A stretch of 30,418 bases of DNA, taken from Candidatus Sericytochromatia bacterium. GTDB taxonomy: Bacteria > Cyanobacteriota > Sericytochromatia > S15B-MN24 > UBA4093. The stretch covers positions 1-30,418 of the forward strand of contig JAKFBU010000078.1 in assembly GCA_036676985.1 (NCBI GenBank), in the 5' to 3' direction. The notes under the pieces were generated by a model. That model did no database searches. It was not told the DNA's origin and saw only the letters and a list, made by a program, of their open reading frames with translations. Positions 8,504-17,393 of this stretch are shown here, piece after piece (position 1 is the first letter of the stretch; each line of letters opens with the position of its first letter). The position numbers and the translations under genes were made by a program.

Positions 8504-8657
8504 CCCTGGATTCCCGCTTCCGCGGGAATGACGGGAGCGCCGACTTGGTGAAGAGAGGCCTTGCCTTCCCGGGAGCGCTGACTTGGTGCAGATGGGGCCT
8601 TGGTCTCCCGGCGTGCGAGAGCGCTCCCGTCACCCCCGCGAAAGCGGGGGGCCAGGG
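8504..8657. repeat. Inverted REP doublet (REPIN/MITE-like) with an internal ~38-bp tandem repeat
   Basis: 37-nt arms at 8504-8540 and 8621-8657 are reverse complements with 6 mismatches; both match the GTCATTCCCGCGAAAGCGGGAATCCAG repeat type. Confidence 0.8.
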
Positions 8658-8688
8658 CAGGGTCTACGGTAGTCGGCGGGGCGCGGCG

Positions 8689-9372
8689 CTAAGGCACCAG
8701 AGTCTGGGTATTCAACCAGCAAATCACCTGTTCGATCGCCGTTGTGAGGTTGCGCTCGGTGGCCAGCTCGTCCTCGCCCACGACCAGGGAGTGGTCTCCG
8801 GCCACGACCAGCGTCGTCACGCCCGTCGCGTCCGCGAGCCCCGCATACAACAACGGCAGCGAGCAGTGCTCGCCGTCCTGCCGCCCCACGACCAACAATA
8901 CCGGTCGATCCGTCGACGCCAGGCCCGGGTAGTGGCGATCCAGGTCCTGCTGCGATCGCACGACCGGTGTCAGCAGGACCTCGCCGCGGACCCGGTCGTC
9001 GGCATGAGCCACCTGATGACCCGCGATGGAGCCCAGTGACTTGCCCACCACGTAGAGCCCCCGTGGATCGACGAAGGGATCGGCACTCAGGTGGTCGAGC
9101 ACCGCGCGCAGATCCTCCGCCTCGGCGGAGCCGTCCGGAGACGGGGCCGTGCCCGCCGTCTGGTAGGCCCAGTCGAAGCGGCAGACGATGAACCCGCGCT
9201 GCAGGCCGCGGTTGAAGAGCCGGTCGAGCAGGGGGAGCCGGCGGTGGTAGCCCGCCCCGGGGGCGAGCAAGAGGGCCGGGCGGGCGCCCGGTGCCGATGG
9301 ATGTCCCAGGTCGATCTCGACCCGGGCCCCGCGCGGGGTGGTGACCCGTTCAGTGACGACGTGCTGCATCAT
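8689..9372 (-). CDS. Alpha/beta-fold hydrolase (dienelactone hydrolase/KANL3-like)
   Basis: LLAPGAG, nucleophile elbow GKSLG, G..D and GDHSL. Confidence 0.85.
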   Translation of the reverse strand: MMQHVVTERVTTPRGARVEIDLGHPSAPGARPALLLAPGAGYHRRLPLLDRLFNRGLQRGFIVCRFDWAYQTAGTAPSPDGSAEAEDLRAVLDHLSADPFVDPRGLYVVGKSLGSIAGHQVAHADDRVRGEVLLTPVVRSQQDLDRHYPGLASTDRPVLLVVGRQDGEHCSLPLLYAGLADATGVTTLVVAGDHSLVVGEDELATERNLTTAIEQVICWLNTQTLVP

Positions 9373-10130
9373 GCCCTCCGGTGCGGCAAGGGTCCCAGGA
9401 AGTCGGGGCGATCGCCCAACGGCGCCTGCGCCGGGTCCTCGCCAGTGGCCTCGAAGTGCCGGATGCGTTCGGTCGCGAAGCGCACCGCCTCCTCCGAGAC
9501 GTCCGCCCCCACGAAGCGGCAGCCCCGGCGCAGGGCGGCGATCGCCGACGCCCCGCTCCCCGTGAACGGATCGCAGACCAGAAAGCCCGGCTCGGCCGAC
9601 CCCGCCAGCATGGCCTCGAACAGTTCAACGGGCTTCTGGGTCGGGTACTTGGCGCGGATCAGGCGCTGGAAGGTCCAGATGTCCGGGATGTCTCGGCGCG
9701 AAAGCTTGCGGCGTCCCTTGGTGGCGAACAGCACGTGCTCGTGTCGGCGCCGGAAGTAGTGGCCCATGCCGATGGCCTTCTTGTCCCAGACGATGACGTT
9801 CTTGACGTCGAAGTACTCGCGCACCAGGGCGCCGAGCGTCAACATCGAGAAGCTGTCGAACATCAGGTAGAGGTGCCGATCGGGCTTGAGCACCCGCAGG
9901 CACTCCGTCAGGAAGAGCCGGTAGGTCTCGGGATCGTCGTGGAACTCGTGGAACCAGCGCCCGTCCTCGGGATCGGCGTAGCGGCCGACGATCCGGCCGC
10001 GGCCCAGCTTCAGGTGCTGGTTCATGCCCGAGTAGGCGGGATCGGTCGTGATGACGTCCACCGAGGCGTCGGGGAGCGATCGCAGGAACGCGAGGCAGTC
10101 CAGATGATGTAGCGAGGCCTGGCTGGTCAT
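9369..10130 (-). CDS. Orphan N4-C/N6-A DNA methyltransferase, beta class
   Basis: Motif IV variant DPAY near the N terminus; YPTQKPVEL; SAM-binding DPFTGSG near the C terminus. Confidence 0.9.
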   Translation of the reverse strand: MTSQASLHHLDCLAFLRSLPDASVDVITTDPAYSGMNQHLKLGRGRIVGRYADPEDGRWFHEFHDDPETYRLFLTECLRVLKPDRHLYLMFDSFSMLTLGALVREYFDVKNVIVWDKKAIGMGHYFRRRHEHVLFATKGRRKLSRRDIPDIWTFQRLIRAKYPTQKPVELFEAMLAGSAEPGFLVCDPFTGSGASAIAALRRGCRFVGADVSEEAVRFATERIRHFEATGEDPAQAPLGDRPDFLGPLPHRRA

Positions 10131-10156
10131 GTCCTCATCTTACCCCAGGGCCACGG

Positions 10157-10188
10157 AAAAGGGGGCGCCGGAACCTCCGGCGCCCCCT
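10157..10188 (-). terminator. Intrinsic terminator after the Rad52-like gene
   Basis: AGGGGGCGCCGGA-acc-TCCGGCGCCCCCT with a U run on the minus strand. Confidence 0.8.
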
Positions 10189-10194
10189 GGGTCG

Positions 10195-10782
10195 TCAGAC
10201 CGCCATCTCCTTGCTCGGCAAGGCGACGAGGTGGTCGATCATCATGCTGATCTCGGCGCCCGTCAGCTCCGCGCGGCTCAGCTTATTGAAGCGCTTGATC
10301 AGGAAGTCTCGCCCGTCCTTGTCGGACCAGCCCACCCGGGCCATCTCGGCTGCGACCTTGTTGATCTGCTTCGGCGTGGCGAGCTTGGTGGGGGCGGCGG
10401 CGAAGACCTGCCCCTCGGCGCCCACGCCCTGGCGGGCGGGCAACTCCATGGTGTCGCCCAGCTCCTCGATGGCCGTCATGCCGATGTTCACCGCATCCCG
10501 GAAGGCGCGGGCCTTGGCCCGAGTCTCGGCCATGCGAATCAAGTGCTTGGCGATCATCGAGTTGACGTTCGAGGGGTTGGCGTCCCCGATCCCCGTGAAC
10601 ACCTTGCCGCCCTCCAGCTCCACTTCGGCCGTGACGACCGCCGTGTGGCCGTTGGTGTTGTCCGGCAGCTGCACCAGGCGGGTGCGAACGGCCTTGAGGC
10701 CCCGGGCGTGGGCCTCGCTGAGGAGCCCCTCGTAGGTGACGAACTCCTGCCCCTGCAGGCTGATGACGTGACGCTTGTCCAA
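10195..10782 (-). CDS. Putative Rad52-superfamily single-strand annealing protein with a C-terminal ATxKQ helical domain
   Basis: AAGGAGG RBS and TTG start; beta-strands AVVTAEV..FTGIGDA followed by helix RMAETRAKARAFR, resembling the Rad52/Erf/Sak core. Family call is from motif recall. Confidence 0.6.
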   Translation of the reverse strand: MDKRHVISLQGQEFVTYEGLLSEAHARGLKAVRTRLVQLPDNTNGHTAVVTAEVELEGGKVFTGIGDANPSNVNSMIAKHLIRMAETRAKARAFRDAVNIGMTAIEELGDTMELPARQGVGAEGQVFAAAPTKLATPKQINKVAAEMARVGWSDKDGRDFLIKRFNKLSRAELTGAEISMMIDHLVALPSKEMAV

Positions 10783-10866
10783 GGAAAACCTCCTTCGATC
10801 CGGTCAGGACCCCTATTCCCAGCTCGGTTTGCTGCATTGGTCCTGTATCCATGCGGATCTTACCCG

Positions 10867-10886
10867 ATTATAGAACATTTATTCTA
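10867..10886 (-). promoter_or_regulatory. LexA (GAAC-N4-GTTC type) SOS box abutting a TATAAT -10
   Basis: TAGAACATTTATTCTA (10871-10886), one mismatch to GAAC-N4-GTTC; minus-strand TATAAT at 10867-10872. Confidence 0.65.
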
Positions 10887-10948
10887 GTCAGCGAGCGGGT
10901 TTGCGCCTGTTTTTCCTTTGCGAGGACAAGCGGTTCTTAGCGTAGCGA

Positions 10949-10977
10949 TTGGATAAACTTAAGCGATTTGTTATAAT
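10949..10977 (+). promoter_or_regulatory. sigma70 promoter for rpsO-pnp
   Basis: TTGGAT - 17 nt - TATAAT with extended TG. Confidence 0.8.
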
Positions 10978-10982
10978 GACGG

Positions 10983-11146
10983 GGTCAGTCTTAGGGTGTA
11001 ACTGAGAGACGCGCCGGGGTTCACGCGCAAGCGACCGGCCGAGGCGCGGATCGGCTCGACGGATGGTGGCCTACCACCCCCTGAGGGTCCATGTAATTCG
11101 CCACTTCGACCCTAGCGAAGTGGCTTCCATGTAGGAGGAACTACCT
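10983..11146 (+). promoter_or_regulatory. Structured rpsO 5' leader, candidate S15 autoregulatory RNA
   Basis: About 165-nt UTR with several stems, including a GCAA-capped helix and a 9-bp hairpin (11100-11124) next to the AGGAGG RBS. Confidence 0.5.
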
Positions 11147-11416
11147 TTGCCGCTTTTGAAGGAAACCAAGGAGCAGGTCATCGGGGAGCACAAGCTCCAC
11201 GAGTCGGACAACGGGTCGCCCGAGGTCCAGATCGCGCTTCTGAGCGCTCGCATCGATCAGCTCAGCGAGCACCTCACCCGCAACAAGAAGGACTTCGCGT
11301 CGCGCCGTGGTCTGCTGAAGATGGTCGGTCAGCGTCGTCGCCTTCTCAACTACCTCATGAAGAATGACCTGGCCCGCTACCGCGCCATCATCGGTAAGCT
11401 CGGCCTCCGCAAGTAA
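11147..11416 (+). CDS. rpsO: 30S ribosomal protein S15
   Basis: 89 aa; [38 protein letters not shown]. Confidence 0.98.
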   Translation: MPLLKETKEQVIGEHKLHESDNGSPEVQIALLSARIDQLSEHLTRNKKDFASRRGLLKMVGQRRRLLNYLMKNDLARYRAIIGKLGLRK

Positions 11417-11421
11417 GCCTG

Positions 11422-11455
11422 AACGGCGGGGAGAACTCCCCGCCGTTTGCCTTTT
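11422..11455 (+). terminator. Terminator/attenuator between rpsO and pnp
   Basis: AACGGCGGGGAG-aa-CTCCCCGCCGTT followed by TGCCTTTTG. Confidence 0.8.
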
Positions 11456-11589
11456 GCGGGCTCAACCCGGGGACGCGCTCACCCCGACGGCGCACCGGCG
11501 CCGAGATGCGCAAAACGAGTGCCGCCGGCCGTTTGGCCGCTCAGCCCGACGCCGGCACAGCGTGTAAGAGAAGAGAAGAGAGTAGAACC

Positions 11590-13737
11590 ATGAGCAATGA
11601 AGTGAGAACGTATCGGTACCAGCTCGGCGATCACGAGATCTCCATGACCTTCGGCAAGTACGCCAAGCAGGCCAACGGTGCGGTCCTCGTCCAGAGCGGC
11701 GGCACGTCGGTGCTGTGCACGGCGACCATGTCCAAGGCGCCCCGGGAAGGCATCGACTTCTTCCCCCTGCTGGTCGACTACGAGGAGAAGATGTACGCCG
11801 TGGGCCGCGTCCCCGGCAGCTTCATGCGCCGAGAGGGGCGCGCCTCGGAGAACGCGATCCTGTCGGGCCGACTGATCGATCGTTCCATCCGTCCCCTGTT
11901 CCCCAACGGCTTCCGCAACGACGTTCAGGTCGTGGCCTACGTGCTCTCGAGCGATCAGGTCATCCAGCCGGACGTGCTGGCGATGCTCGGCGCCTCGGCC
12001 GCCCTCGCCATCTCGGAGATCCCGTTCGCGGGCCCCATCGGCGGCGTGCGCGTCGGCCGCATCAAGGATGAGTGGATCATCAATCCGACCTTCGCCGAGA
12101 CCGACGAGAGCGACATGGACCTGGTCGTCGCCGGTACAGCCGACGCCGTCATGATGGTCGAGGCCGGCATCAAGATCGTGCCCGAGGCCGAAGTCCTCGA
12201 GGCCATCGAGGTGGGCTGGGACGCCGTGCGCGAGCTGTGCGCCTGGCAGGACGAGATCGTCAAGGAGATCGGCAAGCAGAAGCTCGACGTCAAGCCGGTC
12301 GAGCTCGATGCGCGCCTCGTCGAGTTCCTGGGCCAGTACATGGATCGCATGAGCGAGGCCATGCAGAACCCGGACAAGGACACCCGCCAGACCAACACGG
12401 CGGCGGTGGCCTCCGAGATCACCGAGAAGCTGACCTCCCTGCCCGAGGGGCATGAGCTGCAGCCGCTCCTCGCCGAGCGTCCCAAGCTCGTCGGCGACGC
12501 CCTCTACTACCTCGAGAAGAAGATCCTGCGCAAGCTGGTGACCGAGAAGGGCATCCGCGTCGACGGCCGCAAGCCGGACGAGATCCGTCCCATCACCTGC
12601 GAAGTGGGCGTCCTGCCCCGCACGCACGGCTCGGGCCTCTTCGTCCGCGGCCAGACCCAGGTCCTCAACGTCTGCACGCTGGGTTCGTCGGGCGACGCCC
12701 AGAAGATCGACGGGCTGGACCCCATCACCTCCAAGCGCTACATGCACCACTACAACTTCCCCGGCTTCTCGACGGGCGAGGTCCGGCCCAGCCGCGGCCC
12801 CGGTCGCCGCGAAATCGGCCACGGTGCGCTGGCTGAGCGCGCCCTGATCCCGGTCCTGCCGGATCCGAAGGACTTCCCCTACGCGCTCCGCCTGGTGTCG
12901 GAAGCCCTCGAGTCGAACGGTTCGACCTCGATGGCCTCGACCTGCGGCTCGACCCTGTCCCTGATGGACGCGGGCGTGCCCATCAAGGCGCCGGTGGCGG
13001 GCGTGGCCATGGGCCTCATCAAGGAAGGCGAGCGCTTCGCCGTCCTCACCGACATCCAGGGCATCGAGGATCACCTCGGCGACATGGACTTCAAGGTGAC
13101 GGGCACCCGCGACGGCATCACCGCCCTCCAGATGGACATCAAGATCCACGGCATCTCGCTGGAGGTCATGGAGGTGGCGCTGGAGCAGGCTCGCAAGGGC
13201 CGTCTCTTCATCATGGACAAGATGCTCGCGGCGATTCCCCGTCCCCGCACGGAGCTCTCGCCCTTCGCGCCGCGCATCATCACGCTCAAGATCAACCCCG
13301 ACAAGATCGGCACGCTCATCGGCCCCGGCGGCAAGATGATCAAGCGGATCGTCGAGGAGACGGGCGTCAAGATCGACATCGAGGACGACGGCTCGGTCTT
13401 CATCACCACCTCGGACGCCGATGCGGCGAACGCGGCGGTGGCGTGGGTCAACCGCCTGACCAAGGAGGTCGAGGTCGGCACTGTCTACAAGGGCAAGGTC
13501 ACCCGCATCCTCAACTTCGGCGCCTTCGTCGAGATCATGCCCGGCAAGGAAGGCCTGGTCCACATCTCGCAGCTCGCCCCCGAGCGGGTCGCCAAGGTCG
13601 AGGACGTGGTCAAGGTCGGCGATGAGATCGTGGTCAAGGTCGTCGAGATCGACAACCAGGGCCGCGTGAACCTCACCCGCAAGGGCGTTGCGCCCGAAGA
13701 GGTCGAGAAGGCCGGCGGCGCCGCCGTCGCCAAGTAA
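11590..13737 (+). CDS. pnp: Polyribonucleotide nucleotidyltransferase (PNPase)
   Basis: [45 protein letters not shown], plus KH and S1 domains; start taken at ATG 11590. Confidence 0.98.
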   Translation: MSNEVRTYRYQLGDHEISMTFGKYAKQANGAVLVQSGGTSVLCTATMSKAPREGIDFFPLLVDYEEKMYAVGRVPGSFMRREGRASENAILSGRLIDRSIRPLFPNGFRNDVQVVAYVLSSDQVIQPDVLAMLGASAALAISEIPFAGPIGGVRVGRIKDEWIINPTFAETDESDMDLVVAGTADAVMMVEAGIKIVPEAEVLEAIEVGWDAVRELCAWQDEIVKEIGKQKLDVKPVELDARLVEFLGQYMDRMSEAMQNPDKDTRQTNTAAVASEITEKLTSLPEGHELQPLLAERPKLVGDALYYLEKKILRKLVTEKGIRVDGRKPDEIRPITCEVGVLPRTHGSGLFVRGQTQVLNVCTLGSSGDAQKIDGLDPITSKRYMHHYNFPGFSTGEVRPSRGPGRREIGHGALAERALIPVLPDPKDFPYALRLVSEALESNGSTSMASTCGSTLSLMDAGVPIKAPVAGVAMGLIKEGERFAVLTDIQGIEDHLGDMDFKVTGTRDGITALQMDIKIHGISLEVMEVALEQARKGRLFIMDKMLAAIPRPRTELSPFAPRIITLKINPDKIGTLIGPGGKMIKRIVEETGVKIDIEDDGSVFITTSDADAANAAVAWVNRLTKEVEVGTVYKGKVTRILNFGAFVEIMPGKEGLVHISQLAPERVAKVEDVVKVGDEIVVKVVEIDNQGRVNLTRKGVAPEEVEKAGGAAVAK

Positions 13738-13749
13738 CCTCACGCTTCG

Positions 13750-13816
13750 AAGGGGAGGCCTGCGGGCCTCCCCTTTTTACATGCCAAGAAGGCCTCCCCG
13801 CTGCGGGGAGGCCTTC
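13750..13816. terminator. Two back-to-back hairpins between pnp and the convergent gene
   Basis: GGGAGGCC-tgcg-GGCCTCCC-TTTTT and GAAGGCCTCCCCGC..GCGGGGAGGCCTTC. Confidence 0.75.
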
Positions 13817-13827
13817 GGGTTGAGGGC

Positions 13828-15426
13828 TTAGGTTGCGCGGCGCCGCAGCAGCTCGATGTTCAGCTGCCGCTGCTCTTCCTGCAGCGCCTTCAGGCGGGTC
13901 TCGACCTGCGGATCCGTGGGCAGGGCCTCGATGAGCTGGTGGCTCTCGGTGTAGAGGCGCATGGTCCGCGTCTCGAGCTGGCGATCGCTCCACTGTCCGA
14001 GGGCGGTGCCCGGCGCGGGCGGCTCCTCCTGGGGCAGCAGGCCGAACAGCTCGGCGATGCGGTCGACGATCCCCTTGAGCTTCCCGGTGGCCTGGGCGTC
14101 GGGCTTCTGACGCAGCTGATCCGTCAGGGTGGTGGCCTCTTCGGCGAGGGTCGCGATCTCCTTGCGGACAACGGCCTCGTAGGGGCTCTCCGCCGGCTTG
14201 GGCGTGAGCTGCGTGAAGAGCTGGGGCAGCTGGGAGCGGGCGTTGGCCTGCTTGAGCGGGTCGGCCAGGTCCTTGACGGCCTGATCGATCTGCGTGAAGG
14301 CGGCAGCGGCCTGCTGTGCGGCTTCCGGCGAGAGGTCCTTGGGCCGGCGGTAGGCCTCGACCTCGCCGAGCACCACGTTCACCTGTTCGATCTGGGTGGC
14401 CAGCTGCGCCATGCGCGCCTGGGCCTCGGCGGCCTTGTTCGGATCGTTCAGGTCCGCCACCAGGCCGTCCATCTCCTTCATGAGCTCGCCGGAGCGGGCG
14501 TGGAGGCTGTAGACGGTCGCTGCCTGGTTCAGCAGGACGGGGTCCTTCTGGTTGGCGTGGCTCGGATCCTCCAGGTGGTTGTAGAGCACCACGAGCTTGG
14601 CATGGGCCTCGTCCGCCTTGAGGGGGTTCGAGAGGTCCTGCACCTGGCTCTCGATCTGCTTGAAGGTCTCGGCCACCACCTGGGCCTCGGCGGGCGACAG
14701 GTTGGGCGGCATGCGGTAGGACCCCACCTGCTTGAGGACGCCGTCGATCTCGTTGATCTGCGAGTCGAGCAGGTTGAGGCGCGCCTGGGCCTCGGCCGCC
14801 TTGTCGGGATTCGAGAGGTCCTGAATGAGGCGGGTCTTCTCGGAGGCAAGCTGGATCGAGCGCTGCGAGAGGTTCTGGACCACCGTCTGCTGGTTGGCCG
14901 TGACGAGCTGCTGGCGCGCGCGGTCCGCGACGGCCGACGGCGTCTGGCTCGCCTGGTTCAGCTCGTACATGGTGGTGGCGAGCGGGCTCACCTGGCTGTT
15001 GTCGACGCCCTGCGGCTGGGTCTGGGCCTTCTTGGCGTCGCCCTTGTCCATCTGGGCCTTGAACGCCGGCTGCCAGGCCACGGGCAAGAGCGAGAGGATC
15101 TTCTCCTGCTGGAACTTGGGCATGTTCACCCACTGATCCGGGGTGAGGGCCGTCTCGGTCTCGGCCCAGACGGGCACGCCCGAGGGATGAAGCTTGAGGA
15201 GCGCCGGACGGCCCTGCTCGTCGACGCCGGGCTGGTGGCCGAAGTTGAGGTCCACCTGGGAGGTGGGGCCGCCCCAGGTCTTGCCGGTGTCCGGCGGAGG
15301 CAGGGTGACGGGCGTCTTGGGCGTGGGGGGAGCGGTTACCCCGCCGCCCGACTGCACCGGTTGGCGCGGCGCCGCCGGGGGCGTCATGCCGATCCCTTGC
15401 GCCTGGAAGATCTCGATGTTGCCCAT
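13828..15426 (-). CDS. Hypothetical alpha-helical protein with a Pro-rich N terminus and an 86-aa internal duplication
   Basis: TAGGAGG RBS before ATG 15426; high GC3 frame; duplicated segment DLxxPxKAAEAQAR...YR.P..LSP..AQ.....F.QI...V.DL..PLK. Confidence 0.8.
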   Translation of the reverse strand: MGNIEIFQAQGIGMTPPAAPRQPVQSGGGVTAPPTPKTPVTLPPPDTGKTWGGPTSQVDLNFGHQPGVDEQGRPALLKLHPSGVPVWAETETALTPDQWVNMPKFQQEKILSLLPVAWQPAFKAQMDKGDAKKAQTQPQGVDNSQVSPLATTMYELNQASQTPSAVADRARQQLVTANQQTVVQNLSQRSIQLASEKTRLIQDLSNPDKAAEAQARLNLLDSQINEIDGVLKQVGSYRMPPNLSPAEAQVVAETFKQIESQVQDLSNPLKADEAHAKLVVLYNHLEDPSHANQKDPVLLNQAATVYSLHARSGELMKEMDGLVADLNDPNKAAEAQARMAQLATQIEQVNVVLGEVEAYRRPKDLSPEAAQQAAAAFTQIDQAVKDLADPLKQANARSQLPQLFTQLTPKPAESPYEAVVRKEIATLAEEATTLTDQLRQKPDAQATGKLKGIVDRIAELFGLLPQEEPPAPGTALGQWSDRQLETRTMRLYTESHQLIEALPTDPQVETRLKALQEEQRQLNIELLRRRAT

Positions 15427-15684
15427 GGCGGATCGCCTCCTAACCAATGCCTAACAATGGAATTATCCCCTTTACAGAGGCCTTGCTTGATAAAACCCGT
15501 GAAAAATCCATGTTAAATGCTCGTTTGATTCCCCTTGCCAACGGCGTCATGACGGACGCGGCGGGGGATTTGCGGTAGAATGGGGCGACGATTCGTCAGA
15601 TCGGCGCCCCTGCGGGGCCGTTCGTGCCGCCCGTTCCAAGGGGGGCGTCCGGCATGGCTAGCTAGAACGGTGAGCGATACAGGC

Positions 15685-16935
15685 ATGGAACAGAAGCACG
15701 TGTTGTCGAACGGGGTGCGCGTCCTCCTCGAGGAGATCCCGCATGTGCGCTCGGCCTCCGTCGGATTCTGGGTCGACACGGGCTCCAAGAACGAGACGCC
15801 CGAGATCAACGGCATCTCGCACTTCATCGAGCACATGCTCTTCAAGGGCACCCGCACCCGCTCGGCCCTCGACATCGCGCGCACGCTCGAGGACAAGGGC
15901 GGCGCCCTCAATGCCTTCACCGACAAGGAGCAGACCTGCTACTACGCCCGGGTGCTGGACACCGAGGTGGCGCTTGCCATCGATCTCTTGGCCGACATGG
16001 TCATGCACCCGGCCCTCGACCCGGGCGAGCTCAAGCGCGAGCGCCAGGTCGTGCTCGAAGAGATCAAGATGTACGAGGACACGCCCGACGAGCTCGTGCA
16101 GGACCTCTTCAACCTCGTCTTCTTCAAGGACCATCCCCTCGGCATGCCCATCGCGGGCACTCGCACCACCATGCGCGGCGTCTCCCGCCAGGACGTGCTC
16201 GACTACCTGGACCGCTTCTACACACCGGACCGGATCGTGGTGGCGATCGCGGGCCGCTTCGACACCTCCGCCGTCCTCGACCAACTCGAGCGCACCATCG
16301 GCCGCCTGGAGCGCCCCGCCACCCGCCTCATCGAGGTGGCGCCCATTCCCCAGTCGGCCATCAAGGTCAAGTACAAGGACATCGAGCAGGCGCATGTGTG
16401 CCTCGGCACCGAGGGCGTGGCTATCTCGCACCCCGATCGCTACGTGGTGACGGTCCTGGACGCCATCCTGGGCGGCGGCATGAGCTCGCGGCTCTTCCAG
16501 GAGGTGCGCGAGAAGCGCGGCATGGCCTACTCCATCTCGAGCTACGAGGTCATGTACGAGAACGCGGGCGTGTTCGGCATCTATGCGGGCTGCTCGCCCA
16601 AGAACCTCGAGGAGGTCGTGCGCCTCTCCCTCGAGGAGCTCGACAAGGCCAAGGGCGGCGACATCACCGAGGAGGAGCTGCAGCGCACCAAGGACCAGCT
16701 CAAGGGCGGCATGCTCCTGAGCCTGGAGACCCCGCGCAACCGCATGAGCCGCATGGCCCGCAACGAGCTGTCCTTCGGCCGGCTCATCACACCCGAGGAG
16801 ATCCTGACCGAGGTCGAGCGCGTGACGGTCGCGGACCTCACGCGGGTGGCGCGCCTGGTCTTCGACTCCAAGACGCTCACGGCCACGGTGGTGGGGCCCA
16901 CCCGCAAGCTCAAGCTCGCGGGGCTCGCGGCATGA
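15685..16935 (+). CDS. M16 family (pitrilysin/MlpA-like) zinc peptidase
   Basis: Inverted zinc motif HFIEH, LNAFT, LGGGMSSRLFQEVREKRGMAYS; typical position after pnp. Confidence 0.93.
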   Translation: MEQKHVLSNGVRVLLEEIPHVRSASVGFWVDTGSKNETPEINGISHFIEHMLFKGTRTRSALDIARTLEDKGGALNAFTDKEQTCYYARVLDTEVALAIDLLADMVMHPALDPGELKRERQVVLEEIKMYEDTPDELVQDLFNLVFFKDHPLGMPIAGTRTTMRGVSRQDVLDYLDRFYTPDRIVVAIAGRFDTSAVLDQLERTIGRLERPATRLIEVAPIPQSAIKVKYKDIEQAHVCLGTEGVAISHPDRYVVTVLDAILGGGMSSRLFQEVREKRGMAYSISSYEVMYENAGVFGIYAGCSPKNLEEVVRLSLEELDKAKGGDITEEELQRTKDQLKGGMLLSLETPRNRMSRMARNELSFGRLITPEEILTEVERVTVADLTRVARLVFDSKTLTATVVGPTRKLKLAGLAA

Positions 16936-17366
16936 GCCACGAGGTCGTCAGCGTCCGCTTCCAGCGCCTCAAGGAGACGGCCGTCGCCCCCCGGATCAGC
17001 CAGCCGGGGGACGTGGCGGCCGACCTGCATGCGGCAGCCGCTACCGTCATCCCCGCGCGCGGCCGGGCCATGGTCGAGACGGGCCTCGCCCTCGAGCTGC
17101 CCCCGGGCTTCCGCGCCCGCCTCCACTCCCGCTCGGGCCTCAGCCTCAAGCATGGGATCGAGGCGGGGGCGGGCCTCATCGACAACTCCTACCGTCACCC
17201 CATCGGGGTGCTGCTCTACAACTTCTCGGACGAGGACTACGCGGTCCAGGTGGGCGATCGCATCGCCCAGATCTGCATCGAGCGCTACCACGAGCCCCGC
17301 TTCGTCGAGGCCGAGTCCGTGACGGCGACCGAGCGCACCGCGGGCTGGGGGTCCTCGGGACTCTAG
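16932..17366 (+). CDS. dut: dUTP diphosphatase
   Basis: ATGA overlap with the M16 gene; motifs AADL, SRSGL, GLIDNSYR, GDRIAQ and R..GWGSSG. Confidence 0.95.
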   Translation: MSHEVVSVRFQRLKETAVAPRISQPGDVAADLHAAAATVIPARGRAMVETGLALELPPGFRARLHSRSGLSLKHGIEAGAGLIDNSYRHPIGVLLYNFSDEDYAVQVGDRIAQICIERYHEPRFVEAESVTATERTAGWGSSGL

Positions 17367-17393
17367 CCACCCCACCACGCCACAGGAGCCGCC

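Noticed and set aside
8533-8609. 38-39-nt tandem repeat as a CRISPR array
   Set aside because: Only two diverged adjacent copies, no spacers and no cas genes; it lies inside a REP doublet.
9369-10782. Prophage remnant or restriction-modification system (MTase plus annealase)
   Set aside because: No integrase, structural genes, endonuclease or compositional shift; a terminator separates the two genes.
10983-11146. 6S RNA or a riboswitch upstream of rpsO
   Set aside because: No long 5'-3' rod with a central bubble, no terminator and no recognised aptamer core; it runs directly into the rpsO RBS.
11479-13743. 754-aa antisense ORF, and similar long shadow ORFs (19633-22413, 26510-28852, 13939-15516, 22446-24101)
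   Set aside because: Antisense shadows of real genes, caused by high GC3 codon bias; no recognisable motifs.
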